Below are positions 50,980 through 60,354 of a stretch of DNA of 64,000 nucleotides, in pieces. Every line of letters begins with the position of its first letter. Positions within the stretch are counted from its first letter, which is position 1. The position numbers were made by a program, and so were the translations under genes. Under the pieces are notes generated by a model, which saw only the letters and a list, made by a program, of their open reading frames with translations, ran no database searches and was not told the DNA's origin. Source of the DNA: Halarcobacter sp. (lineage in GTDB: Bacteria > Campylobacterota > Campylobacteria > Campylobacterales > Arcobacteraceae); assembly GCA_963676565.1 (NCBI GenBank), contig OY781089.1, positions 832,001 through 896,000 on the forward strand, written 5' to 3'.

Positions 50980-51549
50980 TTGAAAAAATTTTTAATTAGT
51001 GGTTTGATTTTATCAATTAGCCTTTGTAGTTTTGCACAAGAATTTTCAAAAGACAATGCTCAAAAGTTAGCTCATGATTTAATAAAAGAGTATAACTCTA
51101 CATTAAAAAAAGAATTAAAAGATTCAAAAAGAGCTAATAAATTAGAAGGTATGGTTAATTACTGTATCAATGATTCTAAATTGGTTGCAAAAAAACTTAA
51201 TGATAAATATGGTCCAAAAGTTTCTGTAAAAAGAATAAGTCTTAATAACAGAAATGAAAAAGCTAAAGCTAATGAAAGTGAAGAAAAGATTTTAAAAGCA
51301 TTTGAACTAATTGCAAAATCTGATGCTTATCAGCCAGATGAGATTGTCCAAATTGTTGATGATAACACTTTTAAAGTTTATTCACCTATTACTATGAATA
51401 GTAGAGACTGTAAAAAATGTCATGGGGTTGAAAAGAAAGTTGATAAAAAATCAAAAGATAGATTCTTCGAGATTTATAAAAATAACAATGCTTATGGATA
51501 TAAAAGTGGAGATGTAAGAGGTGCAGTGGTTGTCACCATCTTAAAATAG
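50980..51549 (+). CDS. Periplasmic monoheme c protein (DUF3365/Tll0287-like)
   Basis: Signal peptide, KRISLNNRN, CKKCHG, GYKSGDVRGA. Confidence 0.8.
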   Translation: MKKFLISGLILSISLCSFAQEFSKDNAQKLAHDLIKEYNSTLKKELKDSKRANKLEGMVNYCINDSKLVAKKLNDKYGPKVSVKRISLNNRNEKAKANESEEKILKAFELIAKSDAYQPDEIVQIVDDNTFKVYSPITMNSRDCKKCHGVEKKVDKKSKDRFFEIYKNNNAYGYKSGDVRGAVVVTILK

Positions 51550-51565
51550 GGGAAAGGGATTTATT

Positions 51566-52228
51566 ATGGAAATTAAAAAAACAATTTTTTTAGGCTTTTT
51601 AGCAAGTTTAATAACTATCAGTGCTAGTGCTGCTGAAAAAAAATATACAAATGCAGAGATTTATACAAAAATGTGTTCAAAATGTCATGGTGTTTATGGG
51701 GAAGGAAATCCTGCAAAAAAAGGACCTGCTTTAAACGATATGACAGCTCATGAACTAGAGATAAGTCTTTTTGATCTAAAATCTGGGGGTTTAAATCAAT
51801 CATCAGGAACTGACCATGATGTAATGGCGCACAATATGAAAAAAATTATTGAAAAGGGTATGGATTATAAACCAAATGCAATGGCCGAATATATTTTTGT
51901 TGCCTTTAATCCAGAAGCAAAATACTTTAAAATTGATAATGCAAAAAAATCATATACAATTTCAGAAATTTATACAAAAATGTGTTCTAAGTGTCATGGT
52001 GTAAATGGAGAAGGTAATCCTGCTAAAAAAGGTCCAGCATTAAATGATATGAGTGCCCATGAAATAGAAATGGAACTTTATAATATTCAAAATGGTGGAG
52101 CAGATCAATCTTCAGGAACTGATCATGAAGTTATGGAACATAATCAGAAAAAGATTGAGCAAAAAGGTATGGAATATACTCCAAAAGAGATGGCAGAATA
52201 TATAGAAAGTAAATTTTATACTAAATAA
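51566..52228 (+). CDS. Periplasmic diheme cytochrome c built from a tandem domain duplication
   Basis: Signal peptide, two CSKCH motifs, each followed by GPAL and a distal Met candidate. Confidence 0.88.
   Translation: MEIKKTIFLGFLASLITISASAAEKKYTNAEIYTKMCSKCHGVYGEGNPAKKGPALNDMTAHELEISLFDLKSGGLNQSSGTDHDVMAHNMKKIIEKGMDYKPNAMAEYIFVAFNPEAKYFKIDNAKKSYTISEIYTKMCSKCHGVNGEGNPAKKGPALNDMSAHEIEMELYNIQNGGADQSSGTDHEVMEHNQKKIEQKGMEYTPKEMAEYIESKFYTK
51644..52204 (+). repeat. Intragenic tandem duplication (units 51644-51895 and 51953-52204)
   Basis: Two ungapped 84-codon units offset by 309 nt; 61 of 84 residues identical by hand count. Confidence 0.9.
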
Positions 52229-52275
52229 GTAAAGGGAGTTTCTCTTTACTTATTATTTGAAAATAAGGGAAGGTA

Positions 52276-52503
52276 TTGGTAAATTTAAAAAAAGAGATTA
52301 CAATCTATATTGTTTTATTTATAGTCTCATCATTAGTTTTTCATAATAGTGTTTGGTTTTCTCATCCAATTGAGCATATAAGTGCTCTTTTTTCTCAGGG
52401 GATGCCTTACCATCCTTTCTTGTACACATTTTTAATCTATTTGGCACTTGGTATTATAAGACTTATTTTTGCACTTATAAAAAAAATATTCAAAAGAGGG
52501 TGA
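52276..52503 (+). CDS. Small two-TM membrane protein
   Basis: TTG start after GGGAAGG; two hydrophobic helices with His residues (FHN, HPIEH, YHP). Confidence 0.6.
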   Translation: MVNLKKEITIYIVLFIVSSLVFHNSVWFSHPIEHISALFSQGMPYHPFLYTFLIYLALGIIRLIFALIKKIFKRG

Positions 52504-52552
52504 TTTTTTTAGTTGACTTATTTGAATGAACAATCATTATATTGGATAAAAG

Positions 52553-53674
52553 ATGAATAAAGAAAATAAAACATATGTATGGTCTTTTTTGGGAAGACTT
52601 AGCCATTGGCTACTAGTTGTGTCTTTTTTTGCATCTTTTATCACCTCTTTTTATGAAAATCTTTTAACTTTACATGTTACTTTTGGAATTATTGCTTTAG
52701 GGATGTTTATTAAAAAAATTGTATGGGGATTGATAGGTCCAAAATATGCAAGATGGAGTGATTACCATTTTGCCTTTAGTGATTTAAAGCTTTATTTTGT
52801 AGAAAAAGTTAAAAATAGATATAGACAAATACAAGCAGGACATAACCCTGCTTCTTCATGGTTTGCTTTTTTAGTCACATGGATTGGTATTATTTGTTGT
52901 CTACTTGGACTTGTTTTATATGGAGTTCAAGAAGGAAATGGAATTTTTTATTTTATGAATAATACATATTACATATATATGGAAGAGTTTTTTACTATTC
53001 ATGAAGTTCTATCATATATATTATTAGTAATGATACTTACTCATATAACTGGAGTATTAATTGAACAATTTTATCATAAAACATCTATGCTCTTTGCCAT
53101 GATAACTGGATATAAGAAATCAAAGGGTGAAGATATTAAACCAACATTTAGTATGAAGTTTTATGGCTCTATATATATTGTATTTGTTTTAGCTTTAGCA
53201 TCGTATACATATTATATACCTAATAACTTTTTAGTAAAAAGTAAATTTGAGAAGATTGATTACAAAAAATTACATGCTGATTTTCAATTTGAGTGTTCTG
53301 ATTGCCATAATTTAATTCCACCATTTTTATTGCCAAAGGAATCTTGGAAAAATTTGATGGCAAATCAAGAAGATCATTTTGAAGAGGATTTAGAGTTAGA
53401 TAACTCAATGGTAAAATCAATAGAAAAATTTTTAATAATAAATTCTTCAGAAACATCAACAAGAGAATCTTCATATAAAATAACTAAAGAATTAGCTGAT
53501 TCCAAAAAATTTATTATAACAAAAACTGATTATTGGAAGGAAACGCATAAAAATATTCCTGAAGAAGTTTTTAAAAGTGACACAATAGAAACAAAGTCCA
53601 ACTGTGTCGCATGTCATAAAGATTTTGAAAAGGGAATTCTTTCTGACTCAAAAATTACATTTTTATCAAAATAG
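52553..53674 (+). CDS. Cytochrome b fused to a diheme cytochrome c (DHC) domain
   Basis: RLSHW, GHNP and further TM His ligands, AMITG; C-terminal CSDCH, HF, W..TH, CVACH. Confidence 0.85.
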   Translation: MNKENKTYVWSFLGRLSHWLLVVSFFASFITSFYENLLTLHVTFGIIALGMFIKKIVWGLIGPKYARWSDYHFAFSDLKLYFVEKVKNRYRQIQAGHNPASSWFAFLVTWIGIICCLLGLVLYGVQEGNGIFYFMNNTYYIYMEEFFTIHEVLSYILLVMILTHITGVLIEQFYHKTSMLFAMITGYKKSKGEDIKPTFSMKFYGSIYIVFVLALASYTYYIPNNFLVKSKFEKIDYKKLHADFQFECSDCHNLIPPFLLPKESWKNLMANQEDHFEEDLELDNSMVKSIEKFLIINSSETSTRESSYKITKELADSKKFIITKTDYWKETHKNIPEEVFKSDTIETKSNCVACHKDFEKGILSDSKITFLSK

Positions 53675-53842
53675 CACTTATTTTGATAACTTATTCTTAT
53701 AATACAAGAAAAAAATCAAAAAATCTTATAAATTTAGTGAATATTCATTCAAGAATAAGAATAATTTATCAATTATCATGTTAAAATTATACAGTTAATA
53801 TAAAATAATAAGTAAATATTAATAATAAAGAGGAGAGAGAAA

Positions 53843-56290
53843 ATGCAAGTTGAGATTTCAAGAAGAAAATTTCTTCAAGGTACAGTTGCCTTATCAGTTG
53901 TAGCTGCATCAACTTCTGCACTTTCAAGTACAAAAACACATGAAGATAAAAAAACATTAGGTACAACAAAAGTTTCTAATGAAAAAGGACTAAAATTAGT
54001 TCCAACTTTATGTGAAATGTGTGTTAATAAGTGTGCTGCTTATGCAAGAGTAGAAAATGGAGTAGTAACTAAACTAGATCCTAATCCACACTTTCCAAAA
54101 TCAAAAAACATGCTTTGTGCTAGGGGAAATGCAGGAATACAAGCTTTATATGACCCAGATAGATTAAAATATCCGCTCATTCGAACTGGTGAAAGAGGTG
54201 ATGGTAAATATAAAAGAGTTACATGGGATGAAGCTTATACTTATATAACCCAAAAGATGACAAAAATCTTAGATGAAGAAGAAGATAATAGATCATGTAT
54301 TGGTTATTGTGCCGGTGAAGGTATGGCAGAGCATACTTTTAAAACATTTATGTCTGACAAAATAGGTTCAACAAACTTTGTAAACCACGCATCAATCTGT
54401 ATTCAAACAGCCGTATCAGGTTATGCCCTTACAATTGGTGGATATGGACAAGCAGATTTAGAAAATGCAAAATATGTAATTATGGCTGGAGCTAATAGAG
54501 CCGAAGCTTTTATCACCCCAGATACTATGGATATTTTTAAAAGAACAAGAGGTAAAGGTGTAAAATTAACTGTTGTTGATCCTAGATTCTCTAATACTGC
54601 AATCCATGCAGATACATATTTAGCAATTAAACCAGGTACAGATTTAGCATTTGTTTTAGCTTTAACTTACCATGTAATTAAATATGAATTATATAATAGA
54701 ACTTATGTAAAAAATAACTTCTCAAATTTCGATAAATATAAAGAGCACGTATTAAGTAGTAATTATACTCCTGAGTGGGCTGAAGAGATTACTGGAGTTC
54801 CAGCGTATGAAATTAAAAAAGTTGCAGAAGAGTTTATGGCAAATGCTCCTCAATCAATATATTATCAAGGTAGAAGGTCAACTTGGGCGGGGAATGATTT
54901 CCAACTAAGACGTGCTCAAGCAATTTTCTCTGCACTTGGTGGAGGTATTGATGTTAAAGGTGGAATTGTATTTGGTAAAAAACTTCCTTTAGATTCACAT
55001 GGAACAAATGCTCCAATGTATGCAAATGCATTAGGAAGAATTGAAAAAGATGCTGCTGCTGTAATTGGTGGTTCTGGTTCTTGGATTGCTTGGAGAAATA
55101 AAATTTTAGAAGGTAAATCTCCATATCCTATTAGAGCATTTTTTATTTATAAACAAAATCCAATGTTATCAGTTCCAAATACAGAAAAAACTAAAAAGCT
55201 ATTAGAAAAAATGGATTTAGTTGTAGCTATTGATACTATGCCAAGTGATACAGCAATGATGGCAGATGTTATTTTACCTGAGTGTACATATTTAGAAAGA
55301 GAAGACCCAATAAAATCTTTTGCTGGTGTTGAACCATCTATTGCACTTAGAAAAGCTGCCGTTAAACCAATGTATGAAACTAAACCAGTTTTAGAGATTG
55401 TAAGAGGTTTAGCTGAAAAATTATCACGTCCTTTATGGGAAATAACAAAAAAATATGATGAAGATATTCAAGATGAACTTGATGGAATGTCTAAAGAAGA
55501 GATTGAAGAATATTATAAAGAAAATGGTTTTTATCTAGCAGATGTTTACCATCATACCCAAGAACAAATAAATAAAGATATGTTTGTTCCAAAATATGGT
55601 GAAAAAGCATGGAATATCTTAAGGGAAAAAGGTGTTTATTATCCTAAGTTCTCAGAGAGTTTCAAAAAACTTGATAATAATAGTTTCCAATACTACAATG
55701 AAAAAGACAAACTTTATACAGTTGTAAAACTTGAAGATGATTCAGATCATGAAGCGATTGATACTTGTATTAATCCAAAAGATATAGCAGAAGTAAAAAG
55801 ATTATTTAAAACACCAAGTAAAAAAATTGAGTGTTATTTAGGGAATATGGCAAAAAAAGGTGTAGACCCAATGCCAATATGGAAAGATGAACTTGTTAAA
55901 AAAGTTCCAAAAGGAAAATTTAAATTTATTTGTGGAAGACATGCTCAGTTTACTCAAAATGCTACACAAAATAATGTAATGCTTCTAGAGCTTATGCCAG
56001 AAAATTATGTTTGGATAAATGATAAAGAAGCTGAAGAATTAGGTATAAAACATGGAGATTTAGTTCAAATCACAAGTAGTATAGGAATTGTAAAATTGAA
56101 AGCATTTCCAACAAATAAAATTATACCAGAAACAATTTTTTATGTTCATGGATTTGGTGCACAATCAAAAGCTTTAACATTTGGATACAGAAATGGAGCT
56201 AGTTGTAATCAAATAATTGAAGATGATATAGAACCTGTATTCGGTAGTGCAATTATGCATGAAACTATTGTTACAGTAACAAAGGCTTAA
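53843..56290 (+). CDS. psrA: Polysulfide/thiosulfate reductase-type molybdopterin subunit
   Basis: Tat SRRKFLQ, CEMCVNKC...C [4Fe-4S], HASIC Cys Mo-ligand candidate, ADVILPECTYLER; followed by B and NrfD-type subunits. Confidence 0.75.
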   Translation: MQVEISRRKFLQGTVALSVVAASTSALSSTKTHEDKKTLGTTKVSNEKGLKLVPTLCEMCVNKCAAYARVENGVVTKLDPNPHFPKSKNMLCARGNAGIQALYDPDRLKYPLIRTGERGDGKYKRVTWDEAYTYITQKMTKILDEEEDNRSCIGYCAGEGMAEHTFKTFMSDKIGSTNFVNHASICIQTAVSGYALTIGGYGQADLENAKYVIMAGANRAEAFITPDTMDIFKRTRGKGVKLTVVDPRFSNTAIHADTYLAIKPGTDLAFVLALTYHVIKYELYNRTYVKNNFSNFDKYKEHVLSSNYTPEWAEEITGVPAYEIKKVAEEFMANAPQSIYYQGRRSTWAGNDFQLRRAQAIFSALGGGIDVKGGIVFGKKLPLDSHGTNAPMYANALGRIEKDAAAVIGGSGSWIAWRNKILEGKSPYPIRAFFIYKQNPMLSVPNTEKTKKLLEKMDLVVAIDTMPSDTAMMADVILPECTYLEREDPIKSFAGVEPSIALRKAAVKPMYETKPVLEIVRGLAEKLSRPLWEITKKYDEDIQDELDGMSKEEIEEYYKENGFYLADVYHHTQEQINKDMFVPKYGEKAWNILREKGVYYPKFSESFKKLDNNSFQYYNEKDKLYTVVKLEDDSDHEAIDTCINPKDIAEVKRLFKTPSKKIECYLGNMAKKGVDPMPIWKDELVKKVPKGKFKFICGRHAQFTQNATQNNVMLLELMPENYVWINDKEAEELGIKHGDLVQITSSIGIVKLKAFPTNKIIPETIFYVHGFGAQSKALTFGYRNGASCNQIIEDDIEPVFGSAIMHETIVTVTKA

Positions 56291-56292
56291 CT

Positions 56293-56946
56293 ATGAATTA
56301 TGCAATGGCGTTAGATTACCAAAACTGTATTAATTGTAAAGCTTGTGAGACAGCTTGTAAAGAAGAAAATGGTGTTCAACTAGGAGCAGATAAACAAAGA
56401 ATTTGGGTAGGAATTGTTGAAGGATCAATTTTTGATAAACCTTTTGTAAATTTATACCCATCTCAATGTAATCACTGTGTAGATGCACCATGTGTTAGTG
56501 TTTGTCCAACATTTGCAAGCCATATTATTGAAGGTGGGATTGTAAAAGTAGATGCTGACAAATGTATTTTATGTAAAGGTTGTATGGAAGCATGTCCTTA
56601 TGATGCTAGATTTGTTGATGATACAAAATTAGCTGTGGATAAATGTACTTTCTGTGACCATAGAATTGAAGAAACTGGGACAACAGCATGCCAAGCAACA
56701 TGCCCTACAAATGTTAGGATGTTTGGTGACTTAGATGATGAAAATAGTGATTTAGTAAAACTTCTGAAAAAAGAAAGATTTTTCTTCCAAAAAGAGGATG
56801 CTGGAACTTTACCAAAATTGTTCTATATTGTTCCAAGAACTGATAACTATGCAAGACAAAGTATCTCTCATGATACAAAAATATATACTTGGGACAGCTT
56901 TCAAACAGAGTTTTACCAACGAAGTTTAAAGAATAAAAGGAGCTAA
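56293..56946 (+). CDS. psrB: 4x[4Fe-4S] electron transfer subunit (PsrB/NrfC-like)
   Basis: CINCKACETAC, CNHCVDAPCVSVCP, CILCKGCMEACP, CTFC...CQATCP. Confidence 0.8.
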   Translation: MNYAMALDYQNCINCKACETACKEENGVQLGADKQRIWVGIVEGSIFDKPFVNLYPSQCNHCVDAPCVSVCPTFASHIIEGGIVKVDADKCILCKGCMEACPYDARFVDDTKLAVDKCTFCDHRIEETGTTACQATCPTNVRMFGDLDDENSDLVKLLKKERFFFQKEDAGTLPKLFYIVPRTDNYARQSISHDTKIYTWDSFQTEFYQRSLKNKRS

Positions 56947-56948
56947 CA

Positions 56949-58211
56949 ATGGAAAAATATACTATTGCAGGGCTTGAAATTAATAAGGTGTCATTCAAAG
57001 AACTTTTCTTTAATAAAACAATGTTTATTGCATATATCTTAATTGCTATTGCCATTGTTGGTGTTATAGAAATTTTTGAATTAAGATATTTTTCTGAAGT
57101 TGCAACTGCTCACTCTTTAGGTGTGGAACCTATTACTGACGAACTAAGACATGCTATGAGAAATGCAATATTTGGTGATGTGGGTGAGATTAGTAGAGAA
57201 AACCCATGGACTCTTTTCATTGCAAACTATATGTACATGATTTATACTGGAAGTGGAGTGATTTTTTTAGTTGCTTTAGCAGAACTATTAAATTTCAAAG
57301 TAGTTGAAAAAGTAGCTGCATCATTTATGGTAGTTGGTTTAGCAATGGTTTTTGCAGGATTATTTACTATCGCTACAGACTTAAATTTATTAAATATGCA
57401 CTGGATGTTTTTAAGTCCAAACGTAAATACTGGTATGTGGTTGATGTTACCTTTATACTTGACATATATACCTTTTGTTATGTTTGAAATATACTTAATT
57501 TTAACAAATAAAAGAGAATTAGCAAAAAAATTAGCATTTCCAATTCTAATTATGAGTATTGGTGTTGACTTAGTAGAATATTATATACAAGCAAAACTGT
57601 TTTCTATGAATACAGCAAGACATTTATGGACTGAGTTTCCAGCTTTGATGTTCTATTTTATTATCTCTGCATTCGTATCATCTTTAGGGATAATGGGAGT
57701 ACTTACTTATTTAGTTCATAGAAATAAAAGTGGATATCAAAAACTAATGGCTTTAATTAGAAAAGCTATGTTATTTTTTATATTTTTATTGGCAATATAT
57801 GAAGTAATTGGGTATTTAATTATAGACAAAGATTGGGCATTTATTATATTATTTGGTGAATTTAGGTTATTATATTTTGGTGGATATATTTTATTTACTC
57901 TTGTTTTACCATTCTTATTATTATTTAGAATATTAAAACATTATATCCTTCCTGCTTGTATTTCAGCAATCATTGGAGGTTTTATAGGTAGATATTTATT
58001 TGTCTATGGTGGTAATGCAAACCCAATGTCAGACAGGTTTGGTGTAGGTTATGAAAAATATAATTTTTATGATATTTCAACAAATTTTAATTATGTGCCA
58101 CCACATTTAGGTGAGATTTTAATTGTTATTGGCTCTATTGGTATTATTATAGCAGCTTACAAATTATTAGATACATTATTTTCAATTAATAAAGAAAGAG
58201 AATTACATTAA
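56949..58211 (+). CDS. psrC: NrfD/PsrC-family membrane anchor
   Basis: About 10 TMs, PWTLFIANYMY, ARHLW, GRYLFVYGG. Confidence 0.75.
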   Translation: MEKYTIAGLEINKVSFKELFFNKTMFIAYILIAIAIVGVIEIFELRYFSEVATAHSLGVEPITDELRHAMRNAIFGDVGEISRENPWTLFIANYMYMIYTGSGVIFLVALAELLNFKVVEKVAASFMVVGLAMVFAGLFTIATDLNLLNMHWMFLSPNVNTGMWLMLPLYLTYIPFVMFEIYLILTNKRELAKKLAFPILIMSIGVDLVEYYIQAKLFSMNTARHLWTEFPALMFYFIISAFVSSLGIMGVLTYLVHRNKSGYQKLMALIRKAMLFFIFLLAIYEVIGYLIIDKDWAFIILFGEFRLLYFGGYILFTLVLPFLLLFRILKHYILPACISAIIGGFIGRYLFVYGGNANPMSDRFGVGYEKYNFYDISTNFNYVPPHLGEILIVIGSIGIIIAAYKLLDTLFSINKERELH

Positions 58212-58224
58212 TAAGGAGAAAAAA

Positions 58225-59409
58225 ATGAAATTAATTCTAAAAAGTTTAGTAGTGGTTGGATTACTAGCTACAGGTGTGTTTGCAAACGACCCAGGGGCTT
58301 TAACAAAGCCTAGTGCAAAAGTTCAGGCAATGATTGATAAATTCAATCTTAAAGTTGTAGACTTTAAATATGTTAAAGCAAGACTTGGAAAAGGAACAAG
58401 AAATACGGCTAAAATAATTTTAGTTGATGCTAGACCAGCAAAAAAATATATGGGTGGAACAATTCCTAGCTCAATTAATATCCCAGATACTGATTATGCA
58501 AATTATATTGGACAATTAAAAGATACTCCAAAAAATAAAGAGATTGTAGTTTATTGTGGTGGATGGAAATGTGGTAAATCTCCAAAAGTTGCAAATATGC
58601 TTAAAAAAGATGGATTTACAAATGTTAAATTATATCAAGCAGGTGAGCCTGAGTGGAGTAAATTAAATTATAGAGAAGTTGGGCTTCCAGTTATTAAAGC
58701 TGTTCAAGCTAAAAATAGTGGTGTTATTATTGATGCTAGACCATTTGCAAAATATTTACAAGAAACAATTCCTGGAGCAATTGCTATTCCAGATACTCAA
58801 GTTGAAGAGTTAAAAGGAAGATTTCCTGTAAATCATAGTGAAAAAATTATCACTTTCTGTGGTGGATTTAAATGTGCGAAATCTCATAAAATTGCTAAAA
58901 AATTAATCTCTATGGGATATAGTGATGTAAATGTATATGCTGCAGGTATGCCAGAATGGAAAAAAGCTGGATTAGCTACAACTAAATCAGCTTCTACAGC
59001 TAAAGCACCTATTAAAGCAGAAGGTGCAAAGTTTTCTAAAAATGGTGCTAAATTAAGTATTGACGAAGGTGGAGTTGATGGTGAATGGTTCTATGCTTTA
59101 TATAAAGATGGGAAATTACCAGAGTATATTCAAATTGTTGATATTAGAGATGCTGTAGAGTACAAAGAAGGTCATTTAAAAGGGGCTATTAATGTACCTG
59201 CTGAAAAAGCAAGTGCCAAAGATTTTTATGAAAAATTACCAAAAGGTAAAACTTTAGTATTCCATTGTAGTGCAGGTGGTAGATCTGTGGAAGCTTGGCA
59301 AAAATTACAAGGTGCAAAATACGATGTTTCTGAGATTTTCTATTTTGATGCAAATATAGATTGTAAAGGAACTGAGTGTAAAGTTGAGGTTAATGAACCT
59401 ATTGGTTAA
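58225..59409 (+). CDS. Periplasmic triple-domain rhodanese/sulfurtransferase
   Basis: Sec signal; three DxR..(Y)..G.I.GA repeats with loops YCGGWKC, FCGGFKC and HCSAGGRS. Confidence 0.88.
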   Translation: MKLILKSLVVVGLLATGVFANDPGALTKPSAKVQAMIDKFNLKVVDFKYVKARLGKGTRNTAKIILVDARPAKKYMGGTIPSSINIPDTDYANYIGQLKDTPKNKEIVVYCGGWKCGKSPKVANMLKKDGFTNVKLYQAGEPEWSKLNYREVGLPVIKAVQAKNSGVIIDARPFAKYLQETIPGAIAIPDTQVEELKGRFPVNHSEKIITFCGGFKCAKSHKIAKKLISMGYSDVNVYAAGMPEWKKAGLATTKSASTAKAPIKAEGAKFSKNGAKLSIDEGGVDGEWFYALYKDGKLPEYIQIVDIRDAVEYKEGHLKGAINVPAEKASAKDFYEKLPKGKTLVFHCSAGGRSVEAWQKLQGAKYDVSEIFYFDANIDCKGTECKVEVNEPIG

Positions 59410-59430
59410 TTATTAATATTTTACTTATTT

Positions 59431-59509
59431 AAAAAGGGAAGAGTTTAGACTTTTCCCTTTTTTTATTTTTTGTCATAAAAAAAGGCTGAAGTAAAACTTC
59501 AACCCTTTT
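59431..59509. terminator. Back-to-back terminators for the sulfur cluster (+) and rplT (-)
   Basis: aaaaagggaagagt-tta-gacttttcccttttttt and aaaaaaaggctgaagt-aaa-acttcaaccctttt. Confidence 0.75.
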
Positions 59510-59534
59510 AATTATTATTGCAAATTTATATAAA

Positions 59535-59894
59535 TTATGCTGCTAATGCTTCTTTAGCTTTTGCCACTAAAGATGAAAAACCTTCAGCATCATTGATAGC
59601 CATATCAGCTAAGATTTTTCTATCAAGTTCAATGTTAGCTAATTTTAAACCGTTCATGAATCTTGAATAGTTAATATCATTTAATCTACAAGCAGCATTG
59701 ATTCTAACGATCCAAAGCTTTCTAATATCTCTTTTTTTCTGTCTTCTATCTCTGTAAGCATATACTAATGAATGCTCTAATTGTTCTTTTGCTTTTCTAA
59801 AGTGTTTTCTTCTTCCTGAGAAAAATCCTCTAGCTTGCTTTAAAACTTTTTTGTGTCTTCTTCTTCTAACTACACCAGTTTTTACTCTAGGCAT
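59535..59894 (-). CDS. rplT: 50S ribosomal protein L20
   Basis: [31 protein letters not shown]. Confidence 0.98.
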   Translation of the reverse strand: MPRVKTGVVRRRRHKKVLKQARGFFSGRRKHFRKAKEQLEHSLVYAYRDRRQKKRDIRKLWIVRINAACRLNDINYSRFMNGLKLANIELDRKILADMAINDAEGFSSLVAKAKEALAA

Positions 59895-59980
59895 ATCGTT
59901 TCCTTTCTTTACTCTATTTGTTTAATAGGTGTCAACTTCTTTGGTTGAACTTGTCCACTTTTTAGGTGGAGGGACTAAAA
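59895..59980 (-). promoter_or_regulatory. Structured rpmI-rplT intergenic RNA (candidate ribosomal protein leader)
   Basis: Three consecutive hairpins on the coding strand (tccac/gtgga, tcaac/gttga, ctatt/aatag) ending just before the AAGGA RBS. Confidence 0.4.
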
Positions 59981-59999
59981 ATTAAGTTTTTTTACTTAA

Positions 60000-60197
60000 T
60001 TACGCTTTGTTTAACATTAATTTAACTCTACCAGCATCAGTGCTAGCAACAGTTTGTGGTCCTCTAAGATTTCTTTTTCTCTTTTGAGACATTTTTGTTA
60101 AGATGTGGCTTCTAAAAGCTGATCCTCTTTTGATAGAACCATTCTTTTTTACTTTAAATCTTTTTAAAGCTCCACTGTTAGATTTCATCTTTGGCAT
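60000..60197 (-). CDS. rpmI: 50S ribosomal protein L35
   Basis: MPKMKS...KRFK...SHILTK. Confidence 0.97.
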   Translation of the reverse strand: MPKMKSNSGALKRFKVKKNGSIKRGSAFRSHILTKMSQKRKRNLRGPQTVASTDAGRVKLMLNKA

Positions 60198-60320
60198 CGT
60201 ACAGTTCCTTTCTTATAAATTTGCATTTTCAATTAATTTAAATATTGAAAAAGTTTGAGATTTTACTTAAAAATTGCTTTAATTAAGTTTAAGTGAATAA
60301 TCAATAAGTGAGTGAGTGTT

Positions 60321-60352
60321 AAGAAAAAGAGAGAGTAGATTCTCTTTTTCTT
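60321..60352 (-). terminator. Terminator after thrS-infC
   Basis: aagaaaaagaga-N8-tctctttttctt. Confidence 0.65.
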
Positions 60353-60354
60353 AT

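Noticed and set aside
53787..53969. 60-aa minus-strand ORF over the psrA start
   Set aside because: It overlaps the Tat signal and promoter of a confident gene; AT-rich artefact
49484..59409. Selenocysteine or frameshift recoding in the sulfur cluster
   Set aside because: All ORFs are full length with Cys at the expected positions; no in-frame TGA needs read-through
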